Under the pieces are notes generated by a model, which was given only the letters and a program-made list of their open reading frames with translations, searched no databases and had not been told where the DNA came from. A DNA stretch of 35,083 bases from Octopus sinensis (taxonomy: Eukaryota): assembly GCF_006345805.1 (NCBI RefSeq), contig NW_021829911.1, positions 1-35,083 of the forward strand. Direction: 5' to 3'. Of the stretch, positions 10,797-23,862 are shown one piece after another. The translations under genes were made by a program, and so were the position numbers. Numbering within the stretch: the first letter of the stretch is position 1; each line of letters starts with the position of its first letter.

Positions 10797-11734
10797 CGGT
10801 CGTAAGGTCTTGTTGCACAGCAATTATCCACTTCCCTATATCTGCATACCTGACTGAAGTTTTGATACTATTTTCTTTCTTCGTAGATTACGCTTAATCT
10901 GCATGTATGTGTATAAATACGTGCACAATAAAATATGTGTGTGTGCTTGTGTGTGTGTGAGTATGAGTCTACGATTAGCATAGTGTGCGAATGTGATGTG
11001 TATGTGCATGTATGTACGAACGAATAGCACTATAACACATATCATAAAAGCAAAATTCTTGAGTAGCCAATTGCAACCAATTGGAAAGGAATAGAGGATA
11101 ATCTCGAGGTTCTCCGGGATGGATATGCGACTTAGGCGAAAACAATTGGATTTTATGAAGACATGGGAGCTGTGGACACGTGCTTCTCCCTCTTATGGCA
11201 ACGAGTTCAACAACTGAATTGCTGAGACGCTAGAGGAAGTGAACTTTTGACCCATTCAAACAGAATAGGTTATTATGGCTCAAGATAATTTTTGTCATTT
11301 AAACAAGAATGAGAGTTGTCACTTAATGTCAAGTGGCATAAATAATCACAAAAATGACAGTGATTAATTTTATATTCATGATTCCTGAAGTGGGTTTCTC
11401 TTCGGGAGAAAATTAAACAAACGCCTTGTGGAAATTACGACTAACTTCGAATTAGAAGGGGAGATAAATTGAAGAATTAAGAAATATCCAGAATTTGTAT
11501 AACATTGAAGAAATTATTGCATAAAAACACACACAGGCGCATGCACTGACGTACACACACATTTATGTGGTGAATTTCTAGGAGTGTACAAGTTGCTCCA
11601 GTTCCAGAGAAAGGCGATTTATGAATATTGTAAACCAATGATTTAACTCAGTTCTCATATATCTTTAGATTGCGAGTTATTTACGTTTCTCTTTACGTTA
11701 TAGGGACACAGCTTAACCAATTTTTGTTTCAAGG

Positions 11735-12030
11735 TGTCCTCTGACCGGGAATTGTAGCACCTGTCAAGGTCGCAGCTAAGGGCTCGTAATTAGTTGGATA
11801 AAAGTTGGCAACCTAGGAGCAACCTGCCTCGAAGAAGGCAAAACCTTGATTCCAAATAACTGATGACTTGCAGGCCATATCCAATCATAGGAGATGCTTT
11901 GGAAGTAACCCCTAAGGAAAATTGGAAATCAGAGCCCCTGTTGTAATTTGACGTTGTCTACTGCGACGGCATTAGTAGGTAACTGTAAGAACCTTTGGAT
12001 CCTCAAGGAGCTGGCGTATAGGTCATGTTA
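11735..12030 (+). mobile_element. RTE-clade LINE 5' region fragment
   Basis: GAGCAACCTGCCT.GAAGAAGGCAAAACCTTGATTCCAAA, GGAAGTAACCCCTAAGGAAAA and TTTGACGTTGT resemble RTE 5' leader sequences (recognition from memory, not from a search). Confidence 0.5.
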
Positions 12031-15000
12031 CACAGGAAACAACATGTCCTCCGTAACATACTACCCAGGTCTGGATCCAGTTTCAGAGAAAGGCGATTTA
12101 CAAATGTGTATATTTTTATAGCGGAGGCACAGAAACGGGCATTTCTAATAAACATCACCAAAGGAACCGAAGATGGTGGCTCACTAAGCATCGTTCTTTG
12201 AGGAGTTGTATGAGGTGGACCCATCTAGTACTGATCTAAATGCCAAGATACGTTCACTGTTAGTGACCGACTACGCAGTTTACCCTTGACGAATGGCGTA
12301 TGCATGTTCCAGAACTAAAGTAGCCATACTGGGTTCCAAATTCGTTAGTAATTATTTTAAAGTCAAAATGACAAATTATTTATCATTAAACTTGTTTTGG
12401 TAAGCATAAACATTTGTGTTAAACCTGAATATTTTTATTAAGTTGTAACATTTCTGCTCGTTTTTCAAGATGTACTTAGTTCTTTTTTAAGGAAGGAAAC
12501 TATTGATATTTTTCACAAAGCACGAGTAATAAAAATAATATTGCCAAAAGATGAAATCCCAAATTTACACGAAATTGGGTAGAAAATGAATGACAATGCT
12601 AGTTTTCCCACAAAAATATCCTTATGTTTTCAATATGGTATCATATATTATGTAATAAAATATATACAAAAGGAAGATGGTACGTTTCATCGATGGCTTT
12701 ATTGGCTTCGTAAAATTGAATTAGTTTTACGATGCTATTTTAGGTTACTGCGTAAAATCATCAGATGAAGAATTGTCAGTTATTGTAACCCTATAGCTAT
12801 TGTTTATGACGAGATTTGTGAGTTTCTTCAAAAGTTGTTCCTCGTCATAGAGTCCAGCGAGGCATGAAATTAAATTCTCTCAATGCAGTACTTTTAGTTG
12901 CCAAATTCTAATCAAATGAAAAGAAGTTACTGCAAACTAACTCAATTCGTTTACGCACTACTATACAACTATAGTAAAATAAACATCTTGAATATGTTTT
13001 AGTAATCACTAGACAAATGTTGTAGGGGCATAGCAAAGACTTTATAACAGCGGTATATTTCTTTGGTACAACATTTCTTTTTAATAATATAGAAATTATA
13101 GATGTGCTAATATCATCATATTAGTTGTAAGAAATACCGATTATGTTTTGGACATTCTCTGCAAATATCTACAATATAGCTTACACAGCTGGATATTCTC
13201 ATCATCTGATGTCTGTCTTAATTAAGGTGTTCTATCTTAAATGTTGCTCCGTGTTATCATACTGTGTTTATCTTATCAAACAGGAATTTATTATTCATAC
13301 TCATAATTTATAAAAAGAAAATTCGAAGTGAGAAATACATTTGTTTAGTGTTAGTCAGAAAATATTTACACTCTTTCTCCGAAAATTGTCTTACGAGAAC
13401 TTGAGTGCTTTCATTTCATAAATTTCAATATTTAGCTATGAACTTATAGGGGTAAACTCCCATCTTCAAATGACACAAGAAAATAGTATTTATATGAAAA
13501 TAGTATTTATAAAATTTAGACTTCCTAATTAAATAACTCACTCAGGAGAGCATATGTGAACAGGTATTTGCTTTGAATTCTTCTCAAGTTATAGCAATTT
13601 GGCGTCTAATGATCTTGAATGCGTATTTCAAGATGTTGGGTATTTCACTCTACGTTGAGGACATTGAGATATTTCTGATCGACTGACAGCATTGCCAACT
13701 CAATGTCTTTGCTTAAACTTAGGATTGAAGTCGCAGTCCACTATATATTCCTCTCCCTTAAGTTGATGATGTAATTGGAGACACCCTCACTTAAAAAAAT
13801 ATGAAACGAAGAAATTGGTCGTTTTGGTTATCATGTCATCATAACTATGCCAATATTATTTATTTATGAAACGGAATAGTTGTCTTAACGTCTCTGAGTT
13901 TAGGTCTTCTGCTTTAAACAAGTGAATGGAAAACATCTTTCTCGTGTTATTGAATTATGAATTTTCTCAACGATGCCATTTCCGTTGAATAATCTTTTGG
14001 TCTTCTATCTATTAATTTCTGTAAGTGAGCAACAGAGACAGACAGACAGAGAGAAATAATGAGGGACAAAAAGATGAAGTAAAAGATATGGAGAAGCAAG
14101 AGAAACAGAAACAGAAATGAGAGGTAAAAAGGAATCACTCGAAAAGAAACATTGAGAAATGACAGAAGACAAAAAATAAGAAATATAATCAAAATAATTA
14201 AATTAAATATCTTTATTAAGACTTGAATATGAATAAGTTCAGCAATGGCATTTTCGAAGGAAAAAATCGATACTGATAAATGGAGTGATAAATCCATTGA
14301 TTGATAACATTTTGAATTAACTATCTTGAAATCATGTACGCCATTTTAGATTCTTTTAAGAGCATCTCCAATTAATAACAAGAATTTTCAATCATGTTTT
14401 GAGATTGTAGCTGGCTTTTTTATGCACAGCTGAAACTTATTGACAAAAAATGATTTATCTACTACAAATGTGGACACTTCATTCGCTAGTTCAATTCTTG
14501 AAGTAAGCCAACTTAATTTATAAACATTATAAGGTACTATAGATATGAATTAGATTATCAATAGTAGCACGAAGAGGAAATGATCTGCACCTGTGAATAA
14601 GAACGGAAATCTAGGAAAACAAAACCATTTTTTCGTTGTACCACGTTTTAGATTTCTATTTGCATTCTTGTTCTGACATAATTATGTGTTTCCCTAATTA
14701 CAAACATCAGTTATATAACATATGTATCAAGGGATACTGAACTACTCATGATAGATAATGCAAAAATGTAATTTTAGCCAAAATTATTTGTATTTATTTA
14801 GAAAAAAAGGAAGTAAAAATGTCTTTGCCATCCGTAAACATTTCTTTGACATGTTTCAGACCAAACTTAGAGACGTGTGTAACAAAGAAAACCTGATTAC
14901 GCGTTGTGAAATAGTCTTCCATGAAATTCATAAAATATATAAGTACTAAAATAAAAATTTACACAGTTACTTAGTACAATAAATAAACAATTTCATAAAT

Positions 15001-16059
15001 GTTCATAGCTACAAGTGTGAATATAAAGCTGGCTTTAACAAATTATTTCTGAAAATTAAAATTTAGACAATTCAGATTATTGTAATGTACGAAATATCAG
15101 AAAGTGATCGGTTTTTTGTACACATCTCAAATAACGAAATAAGAAACGAACCATAGCGATAAATGTGGTGTCCTGTAGTTCATTACAAGCTGGATGCCTT
15201 AAATCCAGCAATATCAATATGCTAAGTAATTCAAAACCTCATACAAAAACGGAACTGTATTGGGAAGTCAATGAAATAATTTGGCAAACGTTAAGTCTAT
15301 ATGAAAATAAGATTAAAATAAAACATTCATGTGATTAGAACTAGGAATTTACCTATGAAATATATTCAAAATAAATACCAAATTGATATCTAATAAATAT
15401 TCCGCACTGGAGCCGAAAACTGATATTTAAAACGTACACTATAATTCACTTGCAAAACAATCAGGATGCCTGAAATATATCTAAAATTTTCTAATTGCAT
15501 TCCAAATATGAAAACATATGTTGAAAAGAAGACATTGGATTTGAAGACAAAGAGATTATAGAACACAATTATACAAGGAAAGAAATAAAAAGCATAACAT
15601 AATAAGCAATGCTAAGTTGAATAATAAGGAGAAACGGTAAACTGTCAATAGTATTTTAGCTGAATAATCTTATTATTGTTACAAAATTAAAGAATTCTTC
15701 TCGCGTATTCGCATTCTCATTGACAGTAAACTTTTTTTTAAATAATCAATAATTGCATGGAAATCGGAAGAAATATTAAATTCAATTTAAATGCCAGTGG
15801 AAGTAATAGGGTTATTTAGTAGCAATAGGCTATTGATATTTATTGTTTGCTTATACACTAAGAGCAATATATCAGCGAACTCATTCTAGTGTGAGATAAT
15901 AATTTTCTTTGTCCTCAGCACTGAACTTATGAACATACAAACATATATAATACATACACACACACACACACACGTGTATATATACATAAATGCATATATA
16001 TATAAATAAATACTCGCTGACACACATATTTATGTATGTATATTATATATATATATATA

Positions 16060-16335
16060 TATGTATATATGCATATGTATGTATACACATTTGTATATTT
16101 CAATATATATACATATGTATATATACACATTTGTATATATAAATACATATACACACACACACATATATATATATGTATATATGCATATGTATGTATACAC
16201 ATTTGTATATTTCAATATATATACATATGTATATATACACATTTGTATATATAAATACATATACACACACACATATATATATATGTATATATGCATATGT
16301 ATATATACACATTTGTATATATAAATACATATACA
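16060..16335. repeat. Higher-order minisatellite (about 110-112 bp period) built from TA/CA tracts
   Basis: GCATATGT anchors at 16071, 16183 and 16293. The internal CATATGTATRTATACACATTTGTATAT subunit occurs five times. Confidence 0.9.
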
Positions 16336-16369
16336 CGTATACACACTCACACACACACACACAGATATA

Positions 16370-16432
<63 letters not shown>

Positions 16433-16590
16433 GTATATATTTAGGCTTGCCCATTTAAATCTGCCTAGTCTGAAATAACGTAAAATGAAGTATTTTTCTC
16501 TAGAACACAATGCACTGCAGGCTTAGGAAACGATACTATGATCCTGCGATCTCTGAATCGATTGATTGATCTAACGGTCGGCTAATCGAT

Positions 16591-16629
<39 letters not shown>

Positions 16630-16929
16630 CATCGTACGATAGAACTACTATGTGAAGATAGAAAGTTCCAAAATAAATGCGCACACTTTAATAATAATTC
16701 AGCATATTAAGTTAACTGGACTATTTTCTTTGTGTTATGATAAAATATAAAATATTGTAAAATAATTATACATATAAATTATTAATTGAAATCAAAGGAC
16801 TAGATTGAAATATATCAAGATTCTATACGTAGAAATTCCAACAACCACAACTCCCGGCTGGTAGAGGGCAGTAAGAGCCTGAAAAGATTCCAACTGCCAG
16901 GAGCCCCTAGACAAAAACCTACCTTAAGG

Positions 16930-17490
16930 TCAGATACCAACCCGGTCCGCAACACTAAAGTCCACTCGCTACACCTCTCGGTCGAACATCGCTACTGGAT
17001 GTAGTCCAGACCAGTGTTTGCAATCAAGTTGTCGATGTAGGTATGAAGACGTTGTCCTCTTCTTACATCACCACGAAGCGAGTTCCACTTGGCCAATTTG
17101 GCTGCTATCAGCAGCCGATCTTACCGTATCTTCTCGCTAACTTTCGGTAGTTCTCCATAAAACCACTCATTTCTCGTATGTTGCTGCCTCTTCACATTTA
17201 GAGCCATTCGTAGCATCCCTGTGTTGCAGTCAGCTTGCCCTTTACAAATTTCTTTGACAGTGCCCATGTTTCAATACTATACAATCAGCACTGTTCCAGT
17301 AGTTACAATGAACAGCTTGATTTTGACTCGCCTCCGGAATTTGGAGTTCAAGACCTTCTTTGATTTGCAATAGGCTTTCCATGCTTATGCCTTCTTGGTT
17401 TTGATGTCTGCTTCCAAACTGCTCATCTAATCTACATAAGAAATTGTTGATTATATCAACATTTATTTTGAAACCACAAGAAGACACGGT
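16930..17490 (-). pseudogene. Decayed RTE-clade LINE, 3' end of the reverse transcriptase ORF
   Basis: Minus-strand translation across frameshifts and stops gives MSSLEADIKTKKA*AWKAYCK..RRVKIKLF..YSIETWALSKKF..MLRMALNV..NEWFYGELPKVSEKIR..RRGQRLHTYIDNL, the typical RTE post-RT region. Confidence 0.8.
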
Positions 17491-19826
17491 GGAAATATTG
17501 GAAAAGCGCCTTTGCCTGAAGCTACACCACTATTTCCGACAGCAATGTCGGCCTCGGCGCATCTTAAACTCCGAATTTTAAGAGCGACAAGAGAATATCA
17601 AAGTTGAAATAAGAAGTACTTTAAATTATAGTAAATGCATTGGGAATGATTGAAATATGCACACAAGTACTTAACTGAAAATAAGGTGTTAAACTTATAC
17701 AGAATATATGGTACATAACACTATAAATACCGTACATTGTAGAATATTTTGACTATAATCCATAAGTGAATACCAAATCAAAGCATTGTACTACAATCAA
17801 CAGCGATGTCTAATGCGCAATATGACAACACTTGGACGACTGGAAGCGATGAGAACTTTTATAGACATGTATCATATAAGTTATATGATCACCATGCATA
17901 AAATATCATTTTCGAAATTTGTTAATTCTAATGATAACCACAATATGAATTTATTTTAACAGAGGTTAAAATTTTTTTTTTTGATGGATGGAGGAGTAAT
18001 TTATTCGATCAACTCATATTTTGATAGTCTGTGGACGAAAGTACGATAAGAACCAGAATGTAGAGGAGAATGACCAATATATTATTATTGAAACCAAATA
18101 GTGTAGATGTTTTTTTTTATTGAACGCCAAAGCCACGTTGCAGGAAATTCAACCACATTAAATGACAAAGACATCAAATCTATTCCAAGTATAATATTAC
18201 TCTCCTAGAGAGCCAATAATTTTGGTTGAATAAGAATAATCTTAAAAATACGATACTATATGCATTCAAAGTTGTCCTTATTGAACCGAAAACAAATTGA
18301 GTTACTATTGTATAATGATGATTATAAGGAAGATCATTGTGATACAAAAATTACAAGGAGCCACTGGGTTAGAAAAAAATTAGCGTAATTGGTAAGTTAT
18401 GGGTACTACAATGTAATTGGCGAGACAGCCTTGGAAAATGGAATCTAATGAGAGGAAACGCAGCAAAGAAGACATTTTGATACCTTAGGATGAAGATAGA
18501 AAAAATACCAAACATATTTTCAGGAAACAAGATCACTTATAAAAAAGATAAAATAATTCTTCAACAAAAAATATAAAATGTATCATACTATTTTCGAACT
18601 ATAAGTTTGTTTGATTCAGATGCACGGCAATGAAATTATTCAGCTTTCGATTACTACTCTGCGAAGGAACATTGATCTGTTTCGTGACATCTATCACTCA
18701 TCGACACATAAAAAGTGTTTACACACCATACACGATTCGATTTTCGTTCGCATCTTCTCTATTCCAAACATGTTCATTATTGTCGTCCAAAAACTAACAT
18801 AGAAATATAGAAACAACCAAAACATGAAATAAGGTTTCCACAAAAAAGGTGCAAGAAATAAATTATTAAATGAAAGTAAATCAAGCGTACATGATAAATC
18901 AGGACTGAAATTCTGGTTGAAAAAGTTTTGATATATTGCCTGCACATTTACTTGGCCATCACTACCATTACCACTATCTGCTGCAACATCAATAACGAAG
19001 CATTAACAATAGAATATAAACTTCTGCAGGATAACTGTGCCAAATAAAAAATGACACTAAAAATACCACCCTGACAAATATATATTACTATAACTAAACG
19101 TTATGAATTTGAAAGTGAAGGTGATTCATTTATTCCAACTAGACTTGCAACCATATAATAATTTACGAATGTGAACCTACTGGATGACAGATTCGAAAAC
19201 AAAAGCAGCGTACAAAAGCTCTTTTCGGTATTTAGTATTATTGCTATTTGTGTCCTGCATTCAAATCCTACTGGGGCTAATTTTACAGTTCGGACATTTG
19301 AGGAAAGTAATCTAAGCACCAGGCACGTACAAGGATCGAATTTGTTGACTGTTCACTTGGTAAAATATTTGGTCTTATGCCAATGATGTCAATGATGTCT
19401 GCGTATCAGGAAACACTGAATGAGGTAACATATCATCGTTTCACCAAAAATTCAGAAATAAAATAATGCGAAGCCCTTAATTTGTGTCAATGATAACAAC
19501 AAAACAATAAATAAACATACCCCAACTCCATCCATCCAACCAGGAGTAGTGGAATATATTCCCAAGACGAAAACTCAGTTTCTGGTAGGAAAGTAAAATA
19601 GATAAAAATCGACTCCTGAGATATTTATACTGTTAAATAAAACCTCCAAACTAACAGCCAAAACACAGCCAAACGATAATCATTGCTTAAACAACACAAC
19701 AGAGATAAGATAAACCAACAATAACCATAATTCAACTGTAAATGTTTGCTACAACCAGAAAACACAGCGTTACAAGATACACTTGTACACATGTAAGTAT
19801 GTATGTATGTCTGTATGTATGTGTGC

Positions 19827-19883
<57 letters not shown>

Positions 19884-20414
19884 CATACATAAGCATGAAT
19901 GTATACATGTACATTGATATACTTATAGATATGTATTCATATAAAAAGACACATTAATACTTTATTCATGCATATATATATATATATATAAAGGATTATA
20001 TATACATGTATATATATATGCATATGGATATATACATATACAGACACCTATATGTATATATGCAAACGTGTGTGTGTGCGTGATAGAGAGAGAGAGTCCT
20101 AAAGTCAGCACTATATTTACGGTATTTGAATCGTTTTCCTTTTTAATTGATTTCAGTATATCCCTAAACTTATCTCAGCAATAATTTCGCCTGTTCTCTT
20201 GCAAAAGATATCTGTTTAGAGACAAGATGTTTTGTGCAGGGCTGTAGATATTCATACATATTCGATTGCCGATGTATGAAACGTATAACTTTAAAACCCA
20301 TCTACAACTTGTAATTTATTACATAGATATACATCGCTGACATATAATCTATGAAGGCAATATTCAATAGCTAGGTTTCACATACAGAATACATGCACAT
20401 GCATTATATATATC

Positions 20415-20505
20415 GATGTATACATAAAAGCACACACACGCATAGAGCCAGGAAGACATATATAGTTAGATGTTTGTACATACATCTGTATACATATATA
20501 ATGAA

Positions 20506-20541
<36 letters not shown>

Positions 20542-20640
20542 ATGTATACATAAAGGCACATACACGCATATAGGCAGGTAGACGTATATAGTTAGATGTT
20601 TGTACATAAATCTATATACATATATAATGAAATAAATAAA
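20415..20640. repeat. Tandem duplication, 2 copies with 126 bp period
   Basis: GATGTATACATAAA at 20415 and 20541; shared TATAGTTAGATGTTTGTACATA and ATATAATGAAATAAA. Confidence 0.9.
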
Positions 20641-20757
20641 TATATATTATATATATATATATATATTATATATATATATATATATGCATATACTGATAGA
20701 AATGGTAAGGCAACAAAAGAATGAAAGAGATCTCGATATTATGTAAATAGAGGAATT

Positions 20758-20881
20758 TATCTGTAAATATAAAATGTGACAATTATTCGGTAGCCATGTT
20801 AAAACTCCGACTTTCCGCCCCGACATCCAAAACTCGAAGTTTTATCATAGCTACCGAATAATTGTCACATTTTGTATTTAC

Positions 20882-20886
<5 letters not shown>
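20758..20886. repeat. 53-bp inverted repeat with 23-nt spacer (fold-back)
   Basis: 20758-20810 versus the reverse complement of 20834-20886 shows 4 mismatches in 53. Confidence 0.95.
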
Positions 20887-20916
<30 letters not shown>

Positions 20917-20952
20917 CACACACACACACATCCATCCATCCATCCATCCGTC

Positions 20953-20984
<32 letters not shown>

Positions 20985-21136
20985 CATGCATACATATGTA
21001 CATACATACATACATATATACATGCATACATATGTACATACATACATATATACATACATACATATATATATATATATACATACATACATATATACATGCA
21101 TACATATATACATAGATGTATATATACATACATATA

Positions 21137-21206
<70 letters not shown>

Positions 21207-21221
21207 CATACATATATATAC

Positions 21222-21256
<35 letters not shown>

Positions 21257-21360
21257 CACATATATATATATATATACATATACACACATATATATATACA
21301 TATATATATATTTATACATATACATATATATACATACACATACATACATATATATATATT
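20885..21360. repeat. Compound microsatellite (TA, CA, CATC, TACA)
   Basis: Directly visible; source of several Y/I/H/T-rich pseudo-ORFs. Confidence 0.95.
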
Positions 21361-21361
21361 T

Positions 21362-21500
21362 CTTTTCTCGTTGAGTTCTACGTCTATTTGTGGTGTCCTG
21401 TACACACGTATATATATTTATATATGCATGTATATATACATGTAGATGTAGGTACGTACATATATGTTTGTATGTATGCATATATTTTATTTATTACACT
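21362..21500 (+). mobile_element. Terminal fragment of a dispersed repeat, homologous to 27525-27640 in opposite orientation
   Basis: TGGTGTCCTGTAC and ATGCATGTATATATACATGTAGA.GTAGGTACGTACATA are shared with the reverse complement of 27525-27640. Confidence 0.75.
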
Positions 21501-21812
21501 ATTATATGACTGAGCGCCTTCGCGTCGTTTCGATTCGATTCGTTTGGTTTCGTTTCGTTTCTTCTTCTCTAAGCTGGTTTATATATATATATATGGAAAT
21601 GTGTTCTTGTTTGTCTCCTGTCCGAACTTGATTTACGCGTTCGCCACCACAATCTCGTCTAGGCTGAGCAGCTTTTCCTCTTTGTTTTCACTGTTCTGTT
21701 TTTGTTACCTATTTTGACCCTCCGCAAAATCCCAAATTTTATTTAATTTGCTATATTGAAAGTGCTTTATTGAAAGTGTATATTGTTGTTAAATGCACGA
21801 AATACCAGACTA

Positions 21813-21814
<2 letters not shown>

Positions 21815-21887
<73 letters not shown>
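21815..21887. repeat. Perfect (AT)n tract of about 36 units
   Basis: Uninterrupted AT run. Confidence 0.95.
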
Positions 21888-21888
<1 letters not shown>

Positions 21889-22124
21889 TGCGCCTATGTA
21901 CATATTTAGATAAATATGTAGATAAATACGTAGATAAATAAATCAATAAATTTACAATAAAAACTATAAATAAAAAGATATGAATATATATATAAATATA
22001 TAAAAGATATATTGATATATAAAAAATAAGTTATATAAAAGATCTAAAAACATAAAAATAAAAAATAAGATATATAGACACACACGCACATACAAGCACA
22101 CACACACACACATACATACACAGA

Positions 22125-22510
22125 CATAATACTGGATGGCCGTTGACTACACGTGAGTGCGTCCGCCTCTTGACAGGTCTTATGTTTTTGTCCTGCAGTG
22201 TATCCGACAATCACCCTACTCACCAAGCTTACTTGGTGAGGAAGTTGACCTGACGAATGTCAGTTACAAACGCTTGTACAATACTTTTGCAACTCTCTGG
22301 ATCAAAAGTAGATTCTAGTTACAAGTAAAGCAAGATGTCTAGTACTACGTTGCAGGTTTTATATCAGAGTACCTCCTCCTAAGCTTTTCTTCAAAAGGAT
22401 ACTACAAGCCAGCAGTGGTACGTCAATTTGAATTCAGAATTTTATTCTCCGATACTGGTTATCCTAATCACAGCATTGTTTCAAAACACGAGCCCAGTCT
22501 GCCCCTATCA
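22125..22510 (-). mobile_element. Cluster of RTE-derived fragments
   Basis: 22132-22240 matches 3601-3706 (TGGATGGCCGTTGACT...CTCACCAAGC). 22352-22385 matches 3433-3483 (GCAGGTTTTAT.TC.GAGT..CCT.CTCCTA). Confidence 0.6.
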
Positions 22511-22612
22511 ACAGTCATGGCTTTGACAGTGCAACCAGTTAAGGGACAGTCATTACCATGACACACACACACACTTATATATATATATATATATTCATAC
22601 ATACATTCATAC

Positions 22613-22651
<39 letters not shown>

Positions 22652-22976
22652 TAAATGGTAAAGACCCCATGGAATTGAACCTAGAAAGTTTCAAGCCCCC
22701 ACCCCACCCCGAGACACAAGTCTGGGCAAGATTGTTTATGGAAGACCAGTATTCGCCTATGCTTACCAGCTTCTCTTCTCCACGCCACCGATGTTATCCA
22801 AGGGAAAGGCTAACGCCGATACAGCTTGGCACCAGTGAGGTCGCAACGCATTTCTGTAGCTGAGTAAACTGTAGCAACATGAAATAAAGTAACACACGCA
22901 ATTCGGTCCGGGATTCGAACCCACTATTTCATGTGTATGTCCACGAAACTCTAACTATTGAGCGATGCGCCTTCAC
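22652..22976 (-). mobile_element. tRNA-derived SINE with a distinct 3' body
   Basis: Perfect B-box GGTTCGAATCC (22921-22911) and degenerate A-box. The central ACTTTATTTCATGTTGCTACAGTTTACTCAGCT domain is shared with 505-815. Confidence 0.8.
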
Positions 22977-22977
22977 G

Positions 22978-23008
<31 letters not shown>

Positions 23009-23649
23009 CTTTCACATTTAAATATATACAAAGTATGCTCTCATCAGTATCATTAAAACATTATAACTACATTTAGGTATTAGCTATTAGCTGCGAGCTC
23101 ATATCTGATGGGTCTATCTTGTCAGAATGTTTATCTGGAATATCGCAAACTGGTGACGTATATAACGTTTATGATATTATTAATTTAATCATTTGCTAAT
23201 GTCATGATACTAAAACAGTCGAGCCAACATTAATTTGTTTGTGTCTCATTATGACCTTGGTGATTTGTTAATGTAGATTCTTGCTAATATTTCTGATTGA
23301 AATGATGCCAAAACTATACCGATACTTAAGCAACGCGTAGGAGATCATTATTTCTGAATCGTTAAAACCGTTGATGTAGCAGAAAAAATAAAACGAACCA
23401 TATATTTCGTTCAATATTGTTCTTTGTTCAATCTCATTAAACATTGCTTTGCCTTTTAGCTTCAGGTGCCTATAAAGTAGGTATGGTTCCTACAGTAAAA
23501 GCAATGGGCTCCAATACGCCAAACGTAGTAAGTAGTTCTTAAATTTGCAATCTTAGTCATAAAAACTTGCAATGTCTGGTAAGTAAAACATAGCATCATA
23601 TCTTATGAGTTTAACGTCAAAATTCTATATTGCTATAAATGCATATTGA

Positions 23650-23862
23650 TTTTAGATTTTGGCACAAGCCTAGCATTTTCATTGGGAGGGTATACATTGA
23701 CCTCAGTGTTCAACTGGTACTTAACTTATCAACTTCGAAAGGGACGAAAGGCAAAGTCGAACACGGAGAAATTTGAACCCAGAATTTACAGACAAACGAA
23801 ATACCGCTGAACTCTTGGCCGAGCGTGCTAACGATTCGGCCAACTCACCGCATTACTGCTAT
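23650..23862 (-). mobile_element. tRNA-derived SINE (family of 4604-4841, different tail)
   Basis: Minus strand has TGGCCGAATCG A-box, GGGTTCAAATTT B-box, and TCGACTTTGCCTTTCGTCCCTTTCG...TAAGTACCAGTTGAACACTGAGGTCAATGTA. Confidence 0.8.

Noticed and set aside
13947-14297. Hydrophobic 116-aa ORF resembling a membrane protein
   Set aside because: Hydrophobicity comes from the T-rich strand of a purine-rich low-complexity tract (AGAA/ACAG repeats).
10712-20640. Regularly spaced repeats as a CRISPR-like array
   Set aside because: Eukaryotic context, no unique spacers between constant repeats, and no cas genes.
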